This document shows positions 26,044-32,000 of a stretch of 32,000 nucleotides of DNA, one piece after another. The stretch covers positions 1,770,001 to 1,802,000 of the forward strand of contig JALDRA010000001.1 in assembly GCA_031316235.1 (NCBI GenBank), read 5' to 3'. Position 1 is the first letter of the stretch. Each line of letters opens with the position of its first letter. Under the pieces are notes generated by a model that saw only the letters and a program-made list of their open reading frames with translations, was not told the origin of the DNA and did no database searches. This DNA comes from Candidatus Scalindua sp. GTDB lineage: Bacteria > Planctomycetota > Brocadiia > Brocadiales > Scalinduaceae. Both the position numbers and the translations under genes were made by a program.

Positions 26044-26155
26044 TGATTTTTCTCAAACATTCCTTCGGATCGTTGCATATTCCTGAACTGAGGATAATTT
26101 TTCCCCAAACCCTGCCTGATGCTAAGAGGCACCCCCCGTAGTTAAACCGAAACCA

Positions 26156-26572
26156 CTAAATATAAAGCTGCGTTTCAGCACCCTCGGCCATCTTCAGCAT
26201 CGTGGGCAAACCTATAATTTCATCCACCTTACTTTTTACCAATTCCTCGTCGAGCTCCATCAGCTTTACCGCCCCGCTGCATGCATAAATTTTCATATTA
26301 CCCATTGAGGCCACTTCCTGTAATATTTCCTTAAGCATATTTGAACTTCCCTGTGGAACGGCTTCCAGCAGACGCTTCTCTTCCTCCCGTATGTCAGCGG
26401 GAAACGTAATCTCATCCAATTCATCTTTTACGAACCTTCGCAGAGCCCAGAAGAATAAAAATATGTGGACACTGTTTCCCATGGAAGCAGCTGTTACCGC
26501 CAGCATTATGGCCTGATACAATTTATCGTATGCACCGCTGTGAAGAAAGAGGATAAATTTTTTTTCGCTCAT
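26156..26572 (-). CDS. DsrE/DsrF-like (COG2210-type) sulfur-relay family protein
   Basis: 138 aa. KFILFLHSGAYDKLYQAIMLAVTAASMG (Rossmann-like DsrE N-terminus) and a single Cys in MKIYACSGAVKLM. The ATG directly abuts the stop of the upstream reductase. Confidence 0.6.
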   Translation of the reverse strand: MSEKKFILFLHSGAYDKLYQAIMLAVTAASMGNSVHIFLFFWALRRFVKDELDEITFPADIREEEKRLLEAVPQGSSNMLKEILQEVASMGNMKIYACSGAVKLMELDEELVKSKVDEIIGLPTMLKMAEGAETQLYI

Positions 26573-27463
26573 CTATTCACCAGCAAAGTCCCGGGTAACC
26601 TCATCCTTAAATTCTTTAAGTCCCACACGATCAATCGTCTTTCCTATTCTTTCGCCTCTCTTCCCATTGCTATTATACCATTCAATGGTTTTACTGATAA
26701 AATCTGTGACCTTTTCATCAGGTAAAAATTTCACAATCTCGTCTGCTTCCCTGGGATGTCTTCCATGCCTTCCACCTGCACGGACGATCCAACCCTTCCG
26801 TTTTGCTGTCCATGCATCGGTTGGGCACACCTTAATGCAATCCCCGCACTGCACACACTTCTCGCTGTAAAAAACAGGCGTACCATCCTCATCGTCAACA
26901 ATGGCACCTTCGAGACAAGCCTTTGCACACAAGGTACATTTTGTACAGGGATCTTCCTCCCATTGTGGCGTTACCACTCCCTGAAACCCCAGATCCATTC
27001 CTTTTGTCCGGGCACAATCAATCGGACAACCCGAAAATGAAGTCTTGAATTTATGATGACACTCAGTACCAAAAAGCTCTCTATCTACTTCCAGCGCTTT
27101 TTTCTGGGCATCCATAATCCCGTTTGGATTATACTCACAACCACCACATGCAGTCGGTACCCGGACACGAGGGCCGCAAGAAGCAACCTCCTGCCCGAAT
27201 TCAGCCAGATCCTTTACTATAGCGTCAAAATCATCGATATGTACGCCAATAATCTCAACAGATTGCCTGAAACTCAGATGACAATATCCCATTCTGCTAT
27301 ACTTCTTGGCAACTTCAGCAATCTTTGCCATTTTATCTATGTCAAGCCTGCCGCCAGGCACTCGCAACCGGACCGTAAAAAGGTCCTTCTGGGTCTGTTT
27401 TATAAATCCGCCGGATTTTAATTCTTTCAAGTTAACTCTTTTCCCATCTGTACTCTCAGTCAT
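26573..27463 (-). CDS. Small nitrite/sulfite-reductase-family (siroheme-type) protein with an inserted 2x[4Fe-4S] ferredoxin domain (AsrC/Dsr-like small type)
   Basis: 296 aa. FTVRLRVPGGRLDIDKMAKIAEVAKKY is the NIR_SIR ferredoxin-like half-domain pattern. Cys clusters are PTACGGCEYN and SFSGCPIDCARTKGMDLGF. The ferredoxin insert has CTKCTLCAKAC and CVQCGDCIKVCP. AAGGAG lies 6 nt upstream of the ATG. Confidence 0.75.
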   Translation of the reverse strand: MTESTDGKRVNLKELKSGGFIKQTQKDLFTVRLRVPGGRLDIDKMAKIAEVAKKYSRMGYCHLSFRQSVEIIGVHIDDFDAIVKDLAEFGQEVASCGPRVRVPTACGGCEYNPNGIMDAQKKALEVDRELFGTECHHKFKTSFSGCPIDCARTKGMDLGFQGVVTPQWEEDPCTKCTLCAKACLEGAIVDDEDGTPVFYSEKCVQCGDCIKVCPTDAWTAKRKGWIVRAGGRHGRHPREADEIVKFLPDEKVTDFISKTIEWYNSNGKRGERIGKTIDRVGLKEFKDEVTRDFAGE

Positions 27464-27702
27464 TCAGCACTCCTTAAGTCTGATAAAAAACTCAATGTAA
27501 TTCACTGTCTAATATGATAAATAGTATCAACAATAGGAATATGTTGCAAGGAGAAAAAGCTCCTGCCCATTGAAGAGCCGTGGCTTGAAAAATGAACTGT
27601 TTAAGACAGAACTTTTCAATAAGGATAGTATACCTTACCCGTACGAGTCGGAAACTGTAAAGGATAATCTATCAGCCTTCCTCTCCGGCTCATGTCTCCG
27701 TT

Positions 27703-28326
27703 TCACTCAAAAATAATTTGCCTCATCTTCGTTTCTGCTTCTTTTGCCCCCCTGGTCTTCACGATCTCCAGCATATCATTCTCCGCCAGCCGTTGGAGTA
27801 TCTTTCTCCGTTTCAGGTCGTCCGTAACCTCTGATAGTGCTAACGTACGCATCTTTGTTAACAAAATTATATACTCTTCATACTCTGAGATAAATATTTC
27901 CTCTAATTTACTTCGAATATTTTTGGCAAGAGCAGGGCTTGCCCCGCCGGTTGAAATGCTGATGCAAAGATCTCCCCTGTTTATGGTTGAAGGAACTGTG
28001 AATGAGCACAGTTCCGGGCAATCAACTACATTTACCTGTATATTTCTCTTCCCTGCATCTATCGCAATTTTTCTGTTAACCTCCTGGTTATCTGTAGCAG
28101 CAATAACAAGGAAGGCGTCATCGATAAGGCCCTCTTCATAATTTTTCTTTATCACCGTGAGCCCGTTTCGCTTCACAATGTCTGAACAGACATCCGGACT
28201 TATCACGATTACGTCTGCCCCTGCATCTTGTAAACTGCACGCCTTACGATAAGCGACCTTCCCCCCTCCAACAATTACACACCTTTTCCCTCTGATATCC
28301 AGATAAACAGGATAAAATCTCGCCAT
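27703..28326 (-). CDS. sirC: Precorrin-2 dehydrogenase / sirohydrochlorin ferrochelatase (siroheme synthase N-terminal-domain type, SirC/Met8-like)
   Basis: 207 aa. YPVYLDIRGKRCVIVGGGKVAYRKACSLQDAGADVIVISP is the canonical NAD-binding start of the CysG-N/SirC family. GGAGG lies 6 nt upstream of the ATG. Confidence 0.8.
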   Translation of the reverse strand: MARFYPVYLDIRGKRCVIVGGGKVAYRKACSLQDAGADVIVISPDVCSDIVKRNGLTVIKKNYEEGLIDDAFLVIAATDNQEVNRKIAIDAGKRNIQVNVVDCPELCSFTVPSTINRGDLCISISTGGASPALAKNIRSKLEEIFISEYEEYIILLTKMRTLALSEVTDDLKRRKILQRLAENDMLEIVKTRGAKEAETKMRQIIFE

Positions 28327-28384
28327 TCGTTTCCTCCACCTCTTTCATCGAGTTTCAATTATACAACTTCTGGTTTCAACGACT

Positions 28385-28481
28385 AAGCTAACCCGCTTGG
28401 CAAACAAAACTTTTAATGATAATTAAAATGATCAAAGAATCTAAAAACATAAAAACTACACAAGACAAAGGGGGTTAGCTT
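28385..28481. repeat. 10-bp perfect inverted repeat flanking a 77-nt AT-rich spacer
   Basis: AAGCTAACCC (28385-28394) and GGGTTAGCTT (28472-28481). It lies between the sirC start and the DUF2442 stop. Confidence 0.8.
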
Positions 28482-28491
28482 CAGAGACTTG

Positions 28492-28755
28492 TTATGATTT
28501 TATATTATTTTCATACAAATGCGCAATTGGGAAGCAAAGATCATAGTCATTCCACTCTAAATCACCATTATCAGTTTTAAATTTTTTAAATTCCTGTTTG
28601 TCTAAATATTTTCTTATTAAAGGATTTAATGAACTATTTAAGAATGGAAAGAAATCTACTAATTGAATCGTGTTATTATTAAATGATAATTTAATCTTAT
28701 ATTCTCCAATGTATTCAGCAGAAATGATTGTAATAACCTGGTCATCAAAAATCAT
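28492..28755 (-). CDS. DUF2442-family small protein
   Basis: 87 aa. The pattern ...YKIKLSFNNNTIQLVDFFPFL....F..L.D...F..F....GDLEWNDYDLCFPIAHLY fits the DUF2442 consensus as I recall it. The start overlaps the upstream reading frame (ATGA). Confidence 0.7.
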   Translation of the reverse strand: MIFDDQVITIISAEYIGEYKIKLSFNNNTIQLVDFFPFLNSSLNPLIRKYLDKQEFKKFKTDNGDLEWNDYDLCFPIAHLYENNIKS

Positions 28756-29056
28756 TTTACTTTCCTTTCAATAATTTCACATGAAATATGTTTATGCAAA
28801 ACAAAATAATCAATCCATTTTTGAACAATTTTGTCAGCATAGACGTTAACAAATTTTTCAAAGTCTCTTAAAATATTTGCAGGCAATGGGCCCGTCCTTT
28901 TACAGACTTAATAATAACACTTTCTACTTTTCCCTCTTTAATTATTAAGTCTGCCTTAGACTCTTTCCCTTGATATTTGCCATGGACGTGAACCGGTTCA
29001 TGATCATTGCTATAGAATATTATGACTATCCCGCAATATACGTATATTTTAGGCAT
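28752..29056 (-). pseudogene. DUF4160-family gene split by a frameshift
   Basis: The 5' part (29056-28868) reads MPKIYVYCGIVIIFYSNDHEPVHVHGKYQGKESKA..., the DUF4160 DH-x-P-x-H-x-H motif, and ends at TAA 28868-28870. A second frame, open over 28907-28752, reads ...GPLPANILRDFEKFVNVYADKIVQKWIDYF...*. It ends in the ATGA overlap with the DUF2442 start. Confidence 0.6.
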
Positions 29057-29161
29057 TAATTTCTTTCGTTTTCAACTCTATAATGAATAAACTGAGGGCA
29101 CCACTGGATATACTTCCGAGAAAGCAACGCAGGGCTTTCAATTGTTCGTTCAAACGTATTA

Positions 29162-29434
29162 TTAAGCGGTTCGATAAGAGTCAGGAAAATAATTGTCTAA
29201 ATCCTGGATTTTCATATGTTTGAGCAAGAAGTCTTTCGCACCACTTTCTGTCGTTGGGAATATATTCCATTTGCCATTTATTATCTTGTCCCATAGGTTA
29301 CCCTCATGAAGTAAGAACCATGATCCGGCTTTGGTCTTCCACAACGATTCGTAATGCCTATCCGAACCGTAGCGACCTGATACTCGATCAGCATCTCTGA
29401 AATCGCAAATGACATTATTAATGATTTGCTGCAT
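29162..29434 (-). CDS. Hypothetical 90-aa protein (no recognisable family)
   Basis: An ORF on the same strand as its neighbours in the AT-rich islet, Trp-rich (WKTKAGSWFLLHEGNLWDKIINGKWNIF). I see no clear SD. Confidence 0.4.
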   Translation of the reverse strand: MQQIINNVICDFRDADRVSGRYGSDRHYESLWKTKAGSWFLLHEGNLWDKIINGKWNIFPTTESGAKDFLLKHMKIQDLDNYFPDSYRTA

Positions 29435-29558
29435 GCATGTTCTTCCTTAAAAAATAGTGGTTAATTGGCAAAATAACCCACATTATTAATAATTATCATA
29501 ACGTTGCCGATCAGTCATGCCGTTTTTTGACGCTGGCTGAAGTGACTGGTTGTGCCTT

Positions 29559-30386
29559 CTATTTTTCTTTGTACAAGTCCAATTCAGAATAAAGTTTCTT
29601 TGCGCAATCTGGGCATATACCATGACTGAATTCTGCCTCTGAATGGTCTCGGATATATGACTCAATTTGGTTCCAGTATCCTTTGTCGTCACGGATATTT
29701 TTACACGATGCGCAAATTGGCAAAAACCCTTTAAGCATTTTCACCTCTTTCTTCAACAGCTTCAGTTTGGTAATATCTCTATTGCTCCCGCGGATGCCGC
29801 GATTCTCACCTCTTTCATCGTAAACATTTCTAGAGACGTGATCAATCCAACGGGTTTCTCCCGATTTAGTTGTAATACGAAATTCAACGGAATCAATCTC
29901 ACCATCTTTTGACATTCCGTGATGGTAAGCTTCCCATTTTCTCAGGTCATCGGGATTAATAATTTCTTTTAACAACTCTTTATTTTGATAAAATTCCCAT
30001 GGGGAGTAACCAGTGATTGTCGCACAGGATGGTGAAATATAGAGAAAAGATTTGTCTAAACCTTCCCAATACTCGCAATCGTATGAAAATTCTGCAATTA
30101 GACGAAATTTTTGTTCGCTTTCGAATAGCTCATTTTTCAATATATTAAAATCTTCATTTAATTTTAAATTATTATTTGTATAGGCTGATAGTGGTTTATA
30201 AACAAACAGAAAAAGAAGTGGAACTAAAAGGAGTGCATGAATAGTTACGGCAATAATAACCAGATTTGTTTTAGTGGTTACTGTCTGATAAGCTATAAGT
30301 AAGCCAATTGCTTCAGCTACGAGTGCAGAAAGAATTATAATTAAAAGCGTACATCTCGGGAGTTGCTCAATACGTTTTAGAAACAT
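29559..30386 (-). CDS. Membrane-anchored PAS sensor with a C-terminal Cys/His-rich (CxxC...H...CxxC) module instead of a known output domain
   Basis: 275 aa. Two N-terminal TM helices are followed by a PAS fold (SEQKFRLIAEFSYDCEYWEG...YISPSCATITGYSPWEF...EFRITTKSGETRWIDHVSRNVYDERGENRGIRGSNRDITKLK). The C-terminus is LPICASCKNIRDDKGYWNQIESYIRDHSEAEFSHGICPDCAKKLY. Confidence 0.75.
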   Translation of the reverse strand: MFLKRIEQLPRCTLLIIILSALVAEAIGLLIAYQTVTTKTNLVIIAVTIHALLLVPLLFLFVYKPLSAYTNNNLKLNEDFNILKNELFESEQKFRLIAEFSYDCEYWEGLDKSFLYISPSCATITGYSPWEFYQNKELLKEIINPDDLRKWEAYHHGMSKDGEIDSVEFRITTKSGETRWIDHVSRNVYDERGENRGIRGSNRDITKLKLLKKEVKMLKGFLPICASCKNIRDDKGYWNQIESYIRDHSEAEFSHGICPDCAKKLYSELDLYKEK

Positions 30387-30684
30387 GCAGGTATTCTCGT
30401 TTTTATCTATTTGTCGGGATTCTGATCAAACTGCCGGCTCTTTGGCATCACTTACTTCTAACTCTGACAAATTATTAAGTTTATAGATAATACCGTACAG
30501 ATTTATCAATTGCAGATTGCTTTTTGGAATTTCTGTGCCGGAGTTTTCGTGAAATTTTAATTTTTCGATTGAACAAAACCAGAGACTTGGTAATGCCAAG
30601 TCGAGGATTTAGTGCTTGAGAAAAATGTAACGTCCGGGTGGAATCTGGTTCTGAAAACCAATTTGTAATAGATATTAAAGATGC

Positions 30685-30740
30685 GTAGAAATTCCGGAAC
30701 CGGAACGCACTCACGTACGTGAGGAATGCGGAATTTCTAC
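30685..30740. repeat. Nested inverted repeat (12-bp outer arms enclosing a 14-bp perfect palindrome); possible terminator of the radical SAM gene
   Basis: Outer arms are GTAGAAATTCCG (30685-30696) and CGGAATTTCTAC (30729-30740). The inner palindrome is CTCACGTACGTGAG (30710-30723). On the (-) strand the structure starts 41 nt after the radical SAM stop. Confidence 0.6.
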
Positions 30741-30780
30741 AGCAGCGCAGCATATGGGTTGTTTCCGTTCGACCGTGGGA

Positions 30781-32000
30781 CTACATCACATGCAGTTCGC
30801 TCACCTTGCGAAAATGGTAACCGTAAATTGCAAGTTTTACCGAGAGCGGGAACAGCTCCCGATGATGAATGCACGTCCACAGCAAGAGATTCCAGAATTG
30901 AAAACGTTCCTTCCCCATGATCCCGAGATGAAATACAGAACGAACCAACGCCAAGATATGATCCCGATCAACTTTGACCTTAATCTTTGGCGCTTTGTAC
31001 TCCCGGAGGAAGGTCTTGACTCGCCGATAGTAGTTTTCGGGAGAATAAATGTATTTCAAAATAGCCTTATACCCATTTTTACAGGTATCGGCATCCATGT
31101 TATTAGGGATAATGTTCGTTGTGCCGTCAACGTTATCACCTGACATCCGCCCAAGCAGACGCCCTTCTTTTTTAAGACGGTCGTAGAGTTTTGTACCATA
31201 CGGGGCCTGAAGCAGGCCGATCATGGCCATTACGACCCCGCTTTTCTGGATAAAATCAATTTGACGCTGAAATATGGAAGGGGTATCACTGTCAAAGCCA
31301 ACAATGAAACCTGCCTGTACCTGTAAACCTGCCCGCTGAATGCGTTGTACGTCTGCGACAAGTTCGCGATTATTGTTCTGTTTTTTTCCGCATTCAACCA
31401 AGCTGTCAACATCCGGAGTTTCGATGCCGACAAAGACCGCGTCAAAACCCGCATCAGACATCATCTTCATCAACGGTTCATCATCGGCCAGATTGATAGA
31501 GACCTCTGTATGAAATGGCAAAGAGACATGTTCCGCCTGCCACTTAATCAATGCAGGCAGCAGTTCCTTCTTGAGAGCCCTTTTGTTTCCGATGAGATTA
31601 TCATCAACAAAAAAAACAGGGCCACGCCAACCCAGCTCATAAAAACTATTCAACTCACCGATAATCTGTTCAACATTTTTCGTGCGCGTACGCTGTCCGA
31701 AAAGAGCCGTTACGTCGCAAAATTCACATTGGTACGGGCAGCCCCGTGAATACTGTATACTCATTGAGGCGTACCGTTTCATATCAATCAAATCCCATTG
31801 AGGCGCTGGAGTTTCACGGATATCAGGAAACAGCTTAGTAGTATACACCCGTTTAGGACAACCATTATGCAAATCTTCCAGGAAACCCGGAAGAGTCAGT
31901 TCCGCCTCATTGAGGACAAAATGATCAACATCCTCAAATTGAGTATATTCACTTGTAAATAACGGTCCTCCGGCAACTACTTTGACCCCTGCCTTCTTAC
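30781..32000 (-). CDS. B12-binding-domain radical SAM protein with a DUF4070-type C-terminus (5' end outside window)
   Basis: The frame stays open upstream of the tracked TTG to the window edge (...KAGVKVVAGGPLFTSEYTQFEDVDHFVLNEAELTLPGFLEDL). The radical SAM motif is SRGCPYQCEFCDV. The C-terminal region YKAILKYIYSPENYYRRVKTFLREY...WNLLLWT is typical of the DUF4070 extension. Confidence 0.85.
   Translation of the reverse strand, partial: KKAGVKVVAGGPLFTSEYTQFEDVDHFVLNEAELTLPGFLEDLHNGCPKRVYTTKLFPDIRETPAPQWDLIDMKRYASMSIQYSRGCPYQCEFCDVTALFGQRTRTKNVEQIIGELNSFYELGWRGPVFFVDDNLIGNKRALKKELLPALIKWQAEHVSLPFHTEVSINLADDEPLMKMMSDAGFDAVFVGIETPDVDSLVECGKKQNNNRELVADVQRIQRAGLQVQAGFIVGFDSDTPSIFQRQIDFIQKSGVVMAMIGLLQAPYGTKLYDRLKKEGRLLGRMSGDNVDGTTNIIPNNMDADTCKNGYKAILKYIYSPENYYRRVKTFLREYKAPKIKVKVDRDHILALVRSVFHLGIMGKERFQFWNLLLWTCIHHRELFPLSVKLAIYGYHFRKVSELHVM

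Noticed and set aside
27692-28141. 149-aa ORF on the + strand
   Set aside because: It is antisense to the sirC-like gene, whose NAD-binding motif and SD are clear. Its composition is hydrophobic and Ser-rich, typical of a shadow frame.
30481-30920. ORFs 30481-30753 (-), 30726-30920 (+) and 30754-31143 (+)
   Set aside because: The first covers the intergenic palindrome region, has no SD and is Arg/Ser/Phe-rich in composition. The other two are antisense to the radical SAM gene. None shows family motifs.

Overview
A moderately AT-rich bacterial chromosomal window. Housekeeping genes (tilS 3' end, miaA, cinA, rpsO-pnp, csp, hisC) are mixed with anaerobe-style redox and sulfur genes. I cannot fix the taxon from sequence alone. 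The many Fe-S, siroheme and flavinylation proteins suggest an anaerobic lineage, possibly Planctomycetota/anammox-like, but that is a guess. I found no rRNA, tRNA, CRISPR array, transposase or integrase.

Main blocks:
- 1-5.5 kb (+): tilS', miaA, a GNAT-like protein, a DAACS amino-acid/dicarboxylate symporter with a large extra loop, and an OSBS/NSAR enolase-family gene with no canonical start codon.
- 5.7-11.3 kb: a polytopic membrane protein, cinA, a PNPOx-like protein, a solo HEPN gene and a UbiD-family decarboxylase.
- 11.3-16.0 kb: a collapsed copA-type ATPase relic and a 7-bp tandem repeat in a promoter region. The (-) strand then carries a sensor-less histidine kinase, a sigma54-type response regulator, a zinc-ribbon membrane protein, an output-less Cache-type membrane protein and a small secreted protein.
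- 16.1-21.4 kb (-): csp, pnp, rpsO and an 825-aa NapH-like/NapG-like polyferredoxin fusion with an unassigned C-terminal domain.
- 21.8-25.0 kb: hisC, which converges on and overlaps an FMN_bind-ApbE fusion, followed by a lipoprotein.
- 25.2-28.3 kb (-): sirC-like gene, small siroheme nitrite/sulfite-reductase-like protein, DsrE-like protein, JAMM protease and TusA-like protein. This is my best candidate for an undescribed system.
- 28.4-30.7 kb: a markedly AT-rich islet holding a DUF4160 (frameshifted)/DUF2442 pair, an orphan 90-aa ORF and a PAS sensor with a Cys-rich C-terminal module. Inverted repeats flank the islet.
- 30.8-32.0 kb (-): a B12-binding radical SAM gene running off the window.

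All family assignments come from motifs read in the translations. No database search was run.
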